A stretch of DNA of 64,000 nt from Candidatus Eiseniibacteriota bacterium (GCA_965224245.1 OZ245046.1:3552001-3616000); one strand, 5' to 3'. Shown: positions 47,553 to 57,731, numbered from the stretch's first letter. The notes: generated from the sequence alone by a model not told the origin. Numbers and translations are program-made.

Positions 47553-49898
47553 ATGTCCAAGCGCCTTGTCATGGCCTTGTCGACGCTGCTGATCGGCGGC
47601 GCCGGCGCGCTCGTCTGGAGCGCACTCGGCGGCTCCGACTCGCAGAATGCGGCGCAGGTCACACCCGACAGCGACGACTCCGAGAGCGCCATCCTGAAGC
47701 GCATCGACGTTCCCGAAGGACCGTTCGACCCCGTCCTCCAGCGCCCCGCCGGATCGGAACGGTTCACTCCGCCGGCGAACCGCGTCGTCAACGACCCCGA
47801 CCAGGGGGCCGGCCTCGTCCAGTCCGAGACTGCGATCTGGGTCTCCGGCGACGAGATCGTGGTCGGCTGGAACGACGCGGACGGCTTCTTCGGGGGCGCG
47901 TCGGTATCCGGGTTCGGCTACTCGTCGAACCGCGGCGCCTCGTTCACCGACGGCGGCGAGCTGATGGACGGCGGGGGCTCCGATACGTTCGGTGACCCGT
48001 CGATCGTGAAGGCCGGCGACTGGTGGCTCTACAGCTCGCTCGATCTCGGCACGGGTGGGGGCGGCCTCACGATCCATCGCGGTCAGTTCTCCGGCGGCAT
48101 GCTGAGCTGGAACCCGCCGGTTCGGTACAGCGACGGCGGCAGCTTCATCGACAAGGAGTTCATGTACTACGACTCGGCGACCGGTCGCACGTACCTCACC
48201 TACATCACCGGCAGCCTGTTCCGGATCACGCGCTCCACGGACGACGGCCTCACGTGGACGACGCCGCGCACGGTCGCCAGCTCCGGCGGCGGCAACGGCG
48301 CCTACCCGGCCCCCGGCATCGACGGTGAGGTCTACGTGTCCTGGGTGGCACCGCTCTTCCAGGGCAACGGGTGGGTCCGGATGCGCTACTCGCCCGACGG
48401 CGGCAACACGTTCCCCGACCCGGTCCGCGACGTCGAGCAGCTCGGTCCCCGCTCGGACGACTCCCCGCAGTGCTTCAATCGCGGCGCCAACATCACGTTC
48501 CCGAGTCTCGACGTGGACAGGTCGAACGGTCCGTTCCGAGGTCGCGCCTACATGTGCTGGGCCGACGGACAGGCCAACACGTTCAACGTCTACCTGTCGT
48601 ACTCGGACGACAAGGGCGCGACCTGGTCGACGCCGATCCAGATCAACGACAACGACAACGCCGGCACGACCGAGCAGTTCATGCCGCAGCTGCGCGTCAG
48701 CGAGGCGGACGGCCGGGTGGTGATCGGCTGGTACGATCGCCGCAACAACGACGGCGGCGGCAGCCTGTGCGACTACTACGTGGCCAGCTCGGTGGACGGC
48801 GGCGCCTACTGGGGCCCGAACCGGCGTCTCAGCGACACGTCGGTCGCCTGGTGCGGCGTGCCCGCCGACATTCAGCCGAACTTCGGCGACTACATCGCCA
48901 TCTTCGTCGACGACCGGGCGGTCTTCGGCGTCTGGGCCGACGCCCGCGAGGGTGACCCCGACGTCGTCTTCTCGCGCAAGGACGACCGCCACCTGCTGTC
49001 GGTCTCGGGCGATCTCGCGACGATCGCACCGTTCACGGCATCCGGAACGTCGTGGTTCATCCCCGACGTCACCGAGTGGACCGCGAGCCCCGCGCCGGCG
49101 GTCGACTCGAACGCGCAGCTGGCGGTGGCCGCGATCGGGGCCGGGCTCCTGGGCTCCCCGGCCGAGGAGAACGGCGTCTTCCAGTTCGGCGGCAACAACC
49201 TCAGCTTCGACGTGACGCTCGCCTCGGCCGAGGGCAACGTGGTCGGCTCGGGCACGCTGAGCCGGACCGGCGCCAACACGATCAACTTCGGGTTCGACGC
49301 CGACGCCGACGCCGCGCTGGGCAGCGTGGTGCTTCCAAACGACTTCACCACCGACATCACGGTGAGCCCCGCGGGGTTCGGCTCGGCCACGATGGCGGGC
49401 TCGGTCACGTTCCAGCGCATCGCGGGCAACCTGGTGTTCTCGGTCAGCGGCACGGTCTCGCTCGGCCTGGGGAGCCTGCCCTGCGCGCTGCCCATGGAGC
49501 AGGACGCGAGCGCGTCCTTCGCCGGCGGCGATCTGACCCTCAGCACGAAGACGCGCGTGGGTGAGTGCGCAGTGGTCGGCGTGGACGAGGACGAGCCGCT
49601 GGTGATGGGCGACAACCCGTTCCCGCAGATTCTGGTCGGCGCGCGGCCGAACCCGATCCAGGCGACCACGCGGATCAGCTACTCGACCGATCGCGACGTG
49701 ACCGGGGCCATCCGCGTGTACAACTCGCAGGGCCAGCGGGTCCGCACGATCGCCGAGGGGTTCTTCGCGGCCGGCGAGAACGACTACGCGTTCGACGGCA
49801 AGGACGAGCGGGGCCGCGTTCTGCCGGCGGGCGGCTACTTCGTGCGCTTCGAGAACAACATCATGAACGCGGCGAAGAAGCTGTTCATCGTGCGGTAG
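47553..49898 (+). CDS. secreted Asp-box/BNR (sialidase-like) beta-propeller protein with FlgD-Ig/T9SS-like C-terminal domain
   Basis: Five SxDxGxxW/F-type boxes (SSNRGASF, STDDGLTW, SPDGGNTF, SDDKGATW, SVDGGAYW); tail PNP...YNSQGQRVRT...FDGKD.RG...GGYF. Confidence 0.88.
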   Translation: MSKRLVMALSTLLIGGAGALVWSALGGSDSQNAAQVTPDSDDSESAILKRIDVPEGPFDPVLQRPAGSERFTPPANRVVNDPDQGAGLVQSETAIWVSGDEIVVGWNDADGFFGGASVSGFGYSSNRGASFTDGGELMDGGGSDTFGDPSIVKAGDWWLYSSLDLGTGGGGLTIHRGQFSGGMLSWNPPVRYSDGGSFIDKEFMYYDSATGRTYLTYITGSLFRITRSTDDGLTWTTPRTVASSGGGNGAYPAPGIDGEVYVSWVAPLFQGNGWVRMRYSPDGGNTFPDPVRDVEQLGPRSDDSPQCFNRGANITFPSLDVDRSNGPFRGRAYMCWADGQANTFNVYLSYSDDKGATWSTPIQINDNDNAGTTEQFMPQLRVSEADGRVVIGWYDRRNNDGGGSLCDYYVASSVDGGAYWGPNRRLSDTSVAWCGVPADIQPNFGDYIAIFVDDRAVFGVWADAREGDPDVVFSRKDDRHLLSVSGDLATIAPFTASGTSWFIPDVTEWTASPAPAVDSNAQLAVAAIGAGLLGSPAEENGVFQFGGNNLSFDVTLASAEGNVVGSGTLSRTGANTINFGFDADADAALGSVVLPNDFTTDITVSPAGFGSATMAGSVTFQRIAGNLVFSVSGTVSLGLGSLPCALPMEQDASASFAGGDLTLSTKTRVGECAVVGVDEDEPLVMGDNPFPQILVGARPNPIQATTRISYSTDRDVTGAIRVYNSQGQRVRTIAEGFFAAGENDYAFDGKDERGRVLPAGGYFVRFENNIMNAAKKLFIVR

Positions 49899-49927
49899 TC
49901 CCGGTCTCTACTCTCGGCTGGTGATCG

Positions 49928-49964
49928 ACGCCGCCGGACGACGTGATCGTCCGGCGGCGTTTCT
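49928..49964 (+). terminator. rho-independent terminator
   Basis: ACGCCGCCGGACGA-CGTGA-TCGTCCGGCGGCGT (14-bp stem) followed by TTCT. Confidence 0.75.
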
Positions 49965-50139
49965 GTGAAACCGGTGATCATACGCGTGGGCAACCGATGC
50001 GCCAGGACAACCGGCGATCGATCCTGACACGAGCACACCGCGCCGACCCGCCGACGAGCCTCACCTCACGTCTGCCGCACCGACGGAAGGCCCGGTCGAG
50101 TCTGATCGACTCCAGGGGGCTTCGCCATCACGCCCAGCA

Positions 50140-51278
50140 TTACCGTGCGTACACACCCTTCAGGGCCCCCCAGCTCGCCCGGACGGTGGGGACACCGCCA
50201 GGACATCCATCGGGAAACGCACCCGCGAGGACCCCACAAGGGTTCATCAGCGGTGCGGCGGGAGAGGTCTCATCGACGGAGAAGTCGCCGTCCTCGAGAT
50301 CGCAGAAGAGTGGATCGGCAACGACCTCGGTGTCGGCGAGCTCGGATCCACCGATTGCGCCATCGGCATTGATCCAGTAGACGTTGCACTCGTGCGGTCC
50401 AATCGGCGTGCTCACGTAACGGAGACCGTATCCACTCGCGTCACCGTGGAAGATGTTCCGACTCACCTCGTTCGAGGGGCTGCTCACGACGGTCACGGTG
50501 CCCGACAAGGCGCCGGGCGACGAGTTGCCGGCGAACGTGTTGTTCAGCACTGCGCCGCTCGATACGTCCAGATAGAAGGCGCCAGCCACGTCTCCGCTCG
50601 TGTTCTCGACGTACAGACAACGCTCGCTGTCGACCGTACTCTGAAAGGCCCAGACGGCGCCTCCCTTGACGCCGCTCGTGTTGTTCCAGAACCGGCACTC
50701 CGTGAAGAGCGCATTCGTGCCGAGCACGACCGAAACGGCTCCCCCGTGTTCGCTGCATCGTTGAGCCGGAACGTGCACCCGGCCACGACCATCGATGTCC
50801 CCAGCCCCATCGAGCTGTCGGAGATGTAGACTGCGCCACCGCTCGTACCTGCATTCCGGCTGAAGACGCACTCGTCGAACTCGGCGATCGACCCGGGCTC
50901 GACGACGACGGCGCCTCCGGATCCGACCGCGAACGCCTCACTCATCGCGTCGCCGCGATCGAGGGTGAGACCGGACATGCTCACGGTCACCGATGACAGT
51001 CGGAAGATGCGATGGCTGTCGGCGCCGCTCACGATCGTGGCTTCGGCACCATCCGTCGAGGTGAAGCCGAGCGGTTTGTCGACGAGCACCGCCGCCCCTT
51101 CGGCGTACGTCCCGGGTCCGATCTCGATCGTATCGCCGGGACTTGCGGCCGCAACGGCGTCGGTGATGGTCGTGAAGTCCCCGGTACCGTTCTGGCGAAC
51201 GGTGATGGTGGCAGCATCCGCCGCCGACGTCCCGGCCACGGTGGCCAGAAGCATGAAGTGGATCGAACGCATCGACAT
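50140..51278 (-). pseudogene. secreted right-handed beta-helix (Pmp-repeat-like) protein split by a 1-nt frameshift; real lesion or sequencing error
   Basis: ORF 50544..51278 carries the N-half and ORF 50140..50871 the C-half. Adding one G to the G5 run at 50741-50745 joins them as FRLNDAANTGGAV. Confidence 0.8.
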
Positions 51279-51619
51279 CGGTCACCTCGAGTGTAGCTCC
51301 CCCGCGTCGCGTTCATTATGTCACGGTGGGCCCGGCTCCTGTCCGTCTGCTCTCGCGGTCGTCGAGGGACGCGCTACGCGCCCGTGGTCACGGCGGCGTG
51401 GACTCACAGGGTCACCCGCGGCCACGGTCCGTCCCCAGAGCCCCCTGGACGTTGACGCGCTTGAGGTTACGCGCCTGCGCGGGCCAGCCGGGCCGATGTC
51501 TGCCGTCCTCTTGCACGCATCGACTCGATCTTCGCTTTCGGCCCGCTTATCCTACACCGTCGTCACCAGCGTGATGACGCACCCGGTGTAGTCGAGCCCG
51601 TGGACCGCGGGAGGCGCGA

Positions 51620-51964
51620 GTGATCATCCATCACATCACGACATCGAAGGAGGCCGAGGAAGCGGCCCGCACTGGCAGCTACAGACCCCGCACGTACGAT
51701 GCCGACGGGTTCATCCACTGCTCGACACGCGATCAGGTGATCCGGGTGGCGAACTTCCTGTTCGCCGGCCGGAACGATCTCGTCCTGTTGACGATCGATC
51801 GGACGGCGCTGACGAGTGAGGTACGCGACGAGAATCTCGAAGGCGGCGACGAGCTATTCCCCCACGTCTACGGATCACTTCCATGGTCGGCCGTCGTGTC
51901 GGTCTACCCGTTTCCGTGTAACGACGACGGGACGTTCACGCTACCCGCCGAGCTCGAGGGTTGA
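51620..51964 (+). CDS. DUF952 family protein
   Basis: IHHIT...DGFIHCST..QV..VAN...ELFPHVYG.L. Confidence 0.92.
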   Translation: MIIHHITTSKEAEEAARTGSYRPRTYDADGFIHCSTRDQVIRVANFLFAGRNDLVLLTIDRTALTSEVRDENLEGGDELFPHVYGSLPWSAVVSVYPFPCNDDGTFTLPAELEG

Positions 51965-52056
51965 AGATCCGTCCGTGCCGCCTCGGCGTTCGTGCGCGTC
52001 GCCGAGGCCTCCACCTCACGCGGCCCCACGCCCGCGGCCGCAGGGTCCGCGACGCG

Positions 52057-53985
52057 TCACCCGCCAGAGAGCCCGGCCCCCGCGACTCGCCCGTCCCCGG
52101 CCCGGCGGGTCCACCCGACCCGATCGCAGTACTCGAGGATCGGCACCGCATGCTTTCGCGACACGCCGTCCAGGACATCCTTCGCGTCGCCGACCGATAG
52201 GGTCTCGTGCTCGGTGAAGAACCGGCGGAGCCGCTCGCGCAGCTCGAGGACCCGCGCCGACGTGAACGCGTACTCGTTGGAGATCTGGACCAGCCGCCCC
52301 TCGAACACGAGCCGTGCGATCAGGTCGGGTCCTTGCTCCACGCCGAGGGTCTTGATGACGTGCGACAGCAGCGACACCGCGAACCCCTCGGCCTCCAGCC
52401 GCTCGTCGATCGCCCCGGCCAGCGAGGCGACCTCGTCGGGCAACGCGTCGGACTGGTCGACGTCGGCGATCTGCTCGCCACGCTCCCGCACGCGGCCGGC
52501 TTCGACCGCGCGGCGCCGGGCCGCGTCGAACAGGGCCGGGTTCATGTCCCTGCCCAGACGCCCCTTCAGCTCTCCGATGCCGATCCCCCAGCGGTAAGGG
52601 TGCTCCCGGTGGTGGAGGGCGATCTCGGCCGCCACCCGATCCACCGCCTCGTCGAGCGCGGACTGGAGGAACAGCCGATTCTCTCCCACGACGCGTCCGG
52701 CGTCGCGTGCCTCGGCGGCCAGCGCCGCGAACTCGGGTGCCGGCATCCCGAGCGAGGCCCGGAGGTTCTTGGCGCTCTCCCCGTCGAGCCCGGCGACCCC
52801 CAGCAGATCGCACAGCCGATCCACCGGGGTGCCCTCCTCGAGCCGTCGCAGCTCGGCGGCCGGATCTCCGTGGTGGCGGCGCCGCTTGGCCGCCACCGGG
52901 ACCACGATGGTGCCGCCGCCGATCGTGCGCATCGGGGAGTACGAACGCACGACGAACCGGTCGCCGGCCTCGGCCACGCCCGGCGATTCCAGGCGCAGCT
53001 GCACCGGCGCGCGCTGGCCGGGCTCGATCTCGTCCCGGTCGAGCAGCACCAATCGGGCCAGGAGCTCCGAGGCCCCGATGTGGACCCTCACGCGAGCCCG
53101 ATTGGCCAGCGCCTTGGGCGCGCTCGGCAGGAGCCGGAACCACGCGTCCATCATGTGCGAGCTCGTCAGCACGTCGGACTTGACCACCCACGCGCCGCGA
53201 TGGAGGCGATCCTTCTCCACCCGATGCAGGCTCAGGGCGACCCGCTGCCCGGCGCTCGCGCGCTCGACCTCGGTGTCGTGCACCTGCACCGTCTTCACGC
53301 GGGTCTCGATGCCCTCGGGGAGGACGACGACGGGATCCCCCACGCCGAGGCTCCCGTTCCAGAGCGTACCCGTGACCACGGTGCCGAACCCCTGAAGCGT
53401 GAAGATCCGATCCACGGGAAGCCGCGTCTCGCGCCCCCGCGCGACGAACGCCTCGTCTGCGAGCCGGCTCTCGATCTCACGCCGCACGTCGGCGACGCCC
53501 TCGCCGGTCTTGGCCGAGCACCGCACGATCGGCTTTCCCTCGAAGACGGTGCCGGCGATCACGTTGGTGATGTCGGCGTCCACGATGTCGAGCCACTCGT
53601 CGTCGGGGACGAGGTCGGTCTTCGTGACCACGACGAAGCCGTCGGGGATGTCGAGGAGGTTCACGATCTCGAGGTGCTCGCGCGTCTGGGGCATGACGCC
53701 CTCGTCGGCGGCCACCACCAGCAGCACCAGATCCATGCCGCCGGCGCCGGCGAGCATCTGCTTGACGAAGCGCTCGTGTCCGGGCACGTCGACGATGCCC
53801 ACGCGGCGCCCGGACGGAAGATCCAGAAACGCGAAGCCCAGCTCGATCGAGATCCCGCGCTTCTTCTCCTCGGGGAGCCGATCGGTGTGGATGCCGGTCA
53901 GGCGCTCGATGAGCGCGCTCTTCCCGTGGTCGATGTGCCCGGCGGTGCCGACGATGGCGGCTCTGGCGACGGTGGCGGAGCTCAT
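52057..53985 (-). CDS. selB: selenocysteine-specific elongation factor SelB
   Basis: GTAGHIDHGKS, DRLPEEKKRGISIELGFA, DVPGHERF, C-terminal winged helix SRKHAVPILEYCD. Confidence 0.96.
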   Translation of the reverse strand: MSSATVARAAIVGTAGHIDHGKSALIERLTGIHTDRLPEEKKRGISIELGFAFLDLPSGRRVGIVDVPGHERFVKQMLAGAGGMDLVLLVVAADEGVMPQTREHLEIVNLLDIPDGFVVVTKTDLVPDDEWLDIVDADITNVIAGTVFEGKPIVRCSAKTGEGVADVRREIESRLADEAFVARGRETRLPVDRIFTLQGFGTVVTGTLWNGSLGVGDPVVVLPEGIETRVKTVQVHDTEVERASAGQRVALSLHRVEKDRLHRGAWVVKSDVLTSSHMMDAWFRLLPSAPKALANRARVRVHIGASELLARLVLLDRDEIEPGQRAPVQLRLESPGVAEAGDRFVVRSYSPMRTIGGGTIVVPVAAKRRRHHGDPAAELRRLEEGTPVDRLCDLLGVAGLDGESAKNLRASLGMPAPEFAALAAEARDAGRVVGENRLFLQSALDEAVDRVAAEIALHHREHPYRWGIGIGELKGRLGRDMNPALFDAARRRAVEAGRVRERGEQIADVDQSDALPDEVASLAGAIDERLEAEGFAVSLLSHVIKTLGVEQGPDLIARLVFEGRLVQISNEYAFTSARVLELRERLRRFFTEHETLSVGDAKDVLDGVSRKHAVPILEYCDRVGWTRRAGDGRVAGAGLSGG

Positions 53986-53993
53986 GGGAGGGC

Positions 53994-53999
53994 ATTCTA
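53994..53999 (-). promoter_or_regulatory. -10 element TAGAAT 8 nt before the selB ATG (probable leaderless transcript)
   Basis: Minus strand GGTAGAATGCCCTCCCATG; no SD sequence. Confidence 0.55.
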
Positions 54000-54149
54000 C
54001 CGGCCGGCACGAGCCTGAGCCAGCGTGGCAGGCGGCGACGCACCGGCGCCGCCTGGACGCGCGCGCGTGCGGTCATCCCCGATCCGGGGAGGTCGGGGCC
54101 GTCGCGGGAGCACGGCCGTCGGGAAACGAGAGGCGCGGAACGATGACGG

Positions 54150-55418
54150 CTAGTCGTCGCCGTTCGGGTCCTCTTCGCGCCGGATCTCGGCGCCCAGCCC
54201 GCACAGCTTGTCGACCATGCCCTCGTAGCCGCGATCGAGGTGGTGCACGTGCGTCACGTGCGTCTCGCCCTCGGCCACCAGCGCCGCCAGCACCAGCGAC
54301 GCGCTGGCCCGGAGATCCTTGGAGCGCACGTAGGCCCCGGACAGCTCGGGAACGCCGACCACCACCGCCGACGAGCCGTCGATCGTGATGTCGGCGCCGA
54401 GGCGCACGAGCTCGTCGACGTGCGCAAAGCGATCGCTGTAGATCGTCTCGGTGATGACGCTGGTGCCGTCGGCGCGGGTCAGGAACGCCATGATCTGCGC
54501 CTGGAGATCGGTCGGAAAGCCCGGGAAGACCTCCGTGATCACGTCGTGGGCGCGAGGGCGGCCGCATCCCCGGACCTCGATCGCATCGTCGGACTCGGTG
54601 ATCTGAACGTCCATCGAGCGCAGGAGGGCGACCAGCGCCGCCAGGTGCTCGGGGTTGACGTCGGCCACGCGCACGCGGCCACCGGCCATGGCCCCCGCGA
54701 TCACGTAGGTGCCGGCCTCGATCCGATCGGGGATGTTCTGAAAGGTCACCGGCCGGAGCTCGGCCACACCGTCGATGGTCAGCGTCTTCGTCCCCAGGCC
54801 GCGGATCTCGCCGCCCATCGCGCGCAGACACTGGCCGAGGGCGACGACCTCGGGCTCGATGGCGCAGTTCGTCAGCACCGTCTGGCCCTCGGCGAGAACC
54901 GAGGCCATCAGGAGCTGGGCGGTGGCCCCGACGCTCGAGGTCTCGAAGTGAAAGTGCGTGCCCCGCAATCGCTCGGCCTCGGCCACGACGTAGCCGTGAT
55001 CCACGTCGATCGTGGCCCCCAGCGCCTCGAGGCCCCGGAGATGCAGATCCACCGGCCGCGGTCCCCACGCGCATCCGCCGGGCAGCGACACGCGCGCCCG
55101 CCCGAGCCGGGCCAGGAGCGGCCCCAGCACGTAGAACGAGGCCCGCATCCGGCTCACCAGCTTGTAGTGGGCCTCGTGAGCGGTGATCGACGAGGCGTCG
55201 ACCGTGAGAGACGCGGCGTCCCGATGCACGTCGACACCGAGCGATCGCAGCAGCTCGGCCATCGTCTCGACGTCGTTGAGGCATGGCACGCGGGTCAGCG
55301 TGCTCGTTCCCGGCGCCAGAAGGAATGCGGTCATGATCGGCAGGACCGCGTTCTTCGCGCCGGCGACGTGTACCGTACCGTCGAGGGTGCGGCCACCTCG
55401 TATGACGATCTTTTCCAT
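54150..55418 (-). CDS. murA: UDP-N-acetylglucosamine 1-carboxyvinyltransferase
   Basis: GAKNAVLP, MRASFYVLGPL, LPGGCAWGPRPVDLH, PDRIEAGT, FPTDLQ, DLRA, HLDRGY. Confidence 0.97.
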   Translation of the reverse strand: MEKIVIRGGRTLDGTVHVAGAKNAVLPIMTAFLLAPGTSTLTRVPCLNDVETMAELLRSLGVDVHRDAASLTVDASSITAHEAHYKLVSRMRASFYVLGPLLARLGRARVSLPGGCAWGPRPVDLHLRGLEALGATIDVDHGYVVAEAERLRGTHFHFETSSVGATAQLLMASVLAEGQTVLTNCAIEPEVVALGQCLRAMGGEIRGLGTKTLTIDGVAELRPVTFQNIPDRIEAGTYVIAGAMAGGRVRVADVNPEHLAALVALLRSMDVQITESDDAIEVRGCGRPRAHDVITEVFPGFPTDLQAQIMAFLTRADGTSVITETIYSDRFAHVDELVRLGADITIDGSSAVVVGVPELSGAYVRSKDLRASASLVLAALVAEGETHVTHVHHLDRGYEGMVDKLCGLGAEIRREEDPNGDD

Positions 55419-55642
55419 CGGCTGCTCCGGGTCGCGCGACAGGGCGAGCGTCTCCGGTGCGTGATGGGCATCGTAGGGGGAACTCACGCTGGAGTGAATA
55501 CCCACAGGCTTCGTCGATCGCAAGGGAATTCTCGCTCCGTCGTTGAGGACGCGGACGTGGAGCGGGTGTGTGCCCCGGAGAAACGAGGAGCACTCGAGCG
55601 CTGGCAAGTACTCAGTTGTACAGTCGGAGGGATCGGGAGGTT

Positions 55643-56533
55643 TCATGAGCTCGATTCGCGCGCGGGGCGGTCGCTCCGAGCCCACGACACGTCGGCGCCC
55701 TCGTAGTGCAAGGTGTGCGTGCGGAAGCCGACCTTCTCGTACGCGCGCCGGGCCGCATGGTTGTCCGCGGCCACGTTCAGCACGACGAGGTCGACCCGAT
55801 CCGCCAGCCTCCTGCAGAGCTCGGCGGTGACCGCCGTCCCCAGCCCCCGGCCTCGACACGCGGACAGGGTCACGATGTCGCCCAGCGCGGCCACGCGCCG
55901 GGCCTCGGAGACCACGTGGGTTCCCCCGATCGCGACGATCTCCGACCCGGCGGCGGACCCGGCCGCGAGATCGCCGGCGGTCGCAGGACGGTGCTCGGCG
56001 CCCACGTAGAGGCTCTCGGCCAGGCGATGCTCGGAGAATGCGTTCTCGGCGTACTCGCGGTAGAGCACCCGGGCGGCGGCGGTGTCCGACGGTCCGAGGC
56101 GGCGGAGCGTCACGCCGTGCGGGAGCGCCGGGATCTCGAGGCTCAGGTCCGGGGTCGCGGTCACCCCGGGGGCGAGTGGAGCCGGCCCGGTGGCGAGCCA
56201 CATCCGGACGTGCGGTACGAGGTCGCCGGTCACGAGCGGCGCCACGCCCGCGCGATGGGTGTCCGGAAGGTGGAGGTCGGTCCGGGACGCGATCGCGGGC
56301 AGCGTGCGGAGGAGCCCGGGCGCCGGGTCGGGGTCGCCGAAGAGCAGCACGGACGCCCAGTCGTCGATGCGAAACGCGAGGGCGAGCGCGCGATCGCCCG
56401 GCTCGGTCACGAACCACCGGCAACGCGAGAAGTACGGCTCGTCCAGATCGCCGAGGGCGTAGGCGCCCCAGATTCGATCGGCGTTCAGGATCCGCTCGAT
56501 CCGATCGCGGTCGCTCGTCTCGACGACGTTCAC
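55643..56533 (-). CDS. GNAT family acetyltransferase
   Basis: LGDIVT..CRGRGLGT motif A; LNV..DN.AA.RAYEKVGF. Confidence 0.88.
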   Translation of the reverse strand: MNVVETSDRDRIERILNADRIWGAYALGDLDEPYFSRCRWFVTEPGDRALALAFRIDDWASVLLFGDPDPAPGLLRTLPAIASRTDLHLPDTHRAGVAPLVTGDLVPHVRMWLATGPAPLAPGVTATPDLSLEIPALPHGVTLRRLGPSDTAAARVLYREYAENAFSEHRLAESLYVGAEHRPATAGDLAAGSAAGSEIVAIGGTHVVSEARRVAALGDIVTLSACRGRGLGTAVTAELCRRLADRVDLVVLNVAADNHAARRAYEKVGFRTHTLHYEGADVSWARSDRPARESSS

Positions 56534-56542
56534 GGCGATCGG

Positions 56543-57601
56543 CTAGCCGAATGGATCGAATGGCGTGTCCGGCCGGAGGCCCTTCGCGAACGTCGCCAGG
56601 AGGTCGGCGATCTGCTCCAGGTCCTTCAACGAGACGACCTCGACCGGCGAGTGCATGTAGCGGCTGGGCACGCTCACGATCCCCAGCGGAACGCCGCCGC
56701 GCGACCGGTAGATCGGATCGCCGTCGGTTCCCGTGCGCCCCTCGAGGATCTCGTACTGGAGCGGGATCTTCTTCTTCCCGGCCGCCCTCTCCAGCAGTGC
56801 CACCACGCTCTCGTTGAGCCGGGGTCCGCGCGCCACGGCGGGCCCCTTGCCGAGCGCGATCGAGCTCGACTCCTTGGCGTCCACGTCGGGCTGATCGGTC
56901 GCGAACGTGACGTCGATCGCGATCGCGACGTCGGGCTCGAGCTCGAACGCCGCGGTGGCCGCGCCGTCGCCGCCGATCTCCTCACCCACCGTGGACAGGG
57001 CGATCACGCAGGCCTTCGGGTCACGCGATCCGAGCCGCCGGAGCGCCTCGGCCGCACAGAACACGCCGGTGCGGTTGTCCATCGCCTTCGAGCTGACCCG
57101 ATCGCGGCTCAGCTGGGTGAGCCCGCGCCGGAACGTGATCGGATCGCCCGCGCGCACGCGCTTCTCGGCCTCGGACCGCGACGCGGCGCCGATGTCGACG
57201 TAGATCTCCTCGATCTTGGGGACCTTGCCGCGCTCGGCTTGCAGGTGCACGGGCTTGCGTCCCACGACGCCGTGGACCAGCCCCTTCTTCGTGTGGATCT
57301 CCACGACCTGCCCCAGCACGACGCCCACGTCGATCCCCCCGAGCGCGCGGACGTAGACGTACCCGGCATCGTTCACGTGGTGCACGATGAGACCGATCTC
57401 GTCGGCGTGGCCGGTGACGATGACGCGAGGCGATCCGGCCGGATTGCGAACGGCGGCCACCGAGCCGTGCGCGAGCTCGACGATCTGGTCCGCGACGGGC
57501 TCGACGTGGTCGCGAAACACCTCCTGGACGGCGCCCTCGGCGCCGACGGGTCCGGGGGCCTCCACCAATCGTCTGAGAAACTCGAGCGTGGCCTTCTGCA
57601 C
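56543..57601 (-). CDS. M42 family metallo-aminopeptidase
   Basis: GHADEIG, KAMDNRTG, GEEIG, IAIDVT, GTDG, RYMHSPVE. Confidence 0.94.
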   Translation of the reverse strand: MQKATLEFLRRLVEAPGPVGAEGAVQEVFRDHVEPVADQIVELAHGSVAAVRNPAGSPRVIVTGHADEIGLIVHHVNDAGYVYVRALGGIDVGVVLGQVVEIHTKKGLVHGVVGRKPVHLQAERGKVPKIEEIYVDIGAASRSEAEKRVRAGDPITFRRGLTQLSRDRVSSKAMDNRTGVFCAAEALRRLGSRDPKACVIALSTVGEEIGGDGAATAAFELEPDVAIAIDVTFATDQPDVDAKESSSIALGKGPAVARGPRLNESVVALLERAAGKKKIPLQYEILEGRTGTDGDPIYRSRGGVPLGIVSVPSRYMHSPVEVVSLKDLEQIADLLATFAKGLRPDTPFDPFG

Positions 57602-57731
57602 GACGCGCCTCCGCGGGCTTGGGGATTCGGAACGAGCCCGTGGAGTCTACCCGACCGGTCGCCTCGGGTCCCGCAATCAGTGGCGGCACGCGGTCCTGCG
57701 CGACGTCGAGCGGGATCCTCGGCGCGGCGAG

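Noticed and set aside
43409-49959. 17-bp inverted match (CGCCGCCGGACGATCAC at 43409-43425 and its complement at 49943-49959) bracketing the ECF and two secreted genes
   Set aside because: GC-rich, one copy is a terminator arm, and no recombinase or transposase is nearby; a match of this length is plausible by chance in 64 kb.
53986-54149. Possible tRNA-Sec next to selB
   Set aside because: No cloverleaf, T-loop or UCA anticodon arm recognisable; only GC hairpins.
54150-56423. Apparent long N-terminal extensions or fusions (murA 757 aa, rnr 1001 aa, PAP2 672 aa, PduO 328 aa)
   Set aside because: These come from taking the most upstream start. The extensions are Arg/Pro-rich and overlap neighbouring genes, and better starts lie at the family N-termini.
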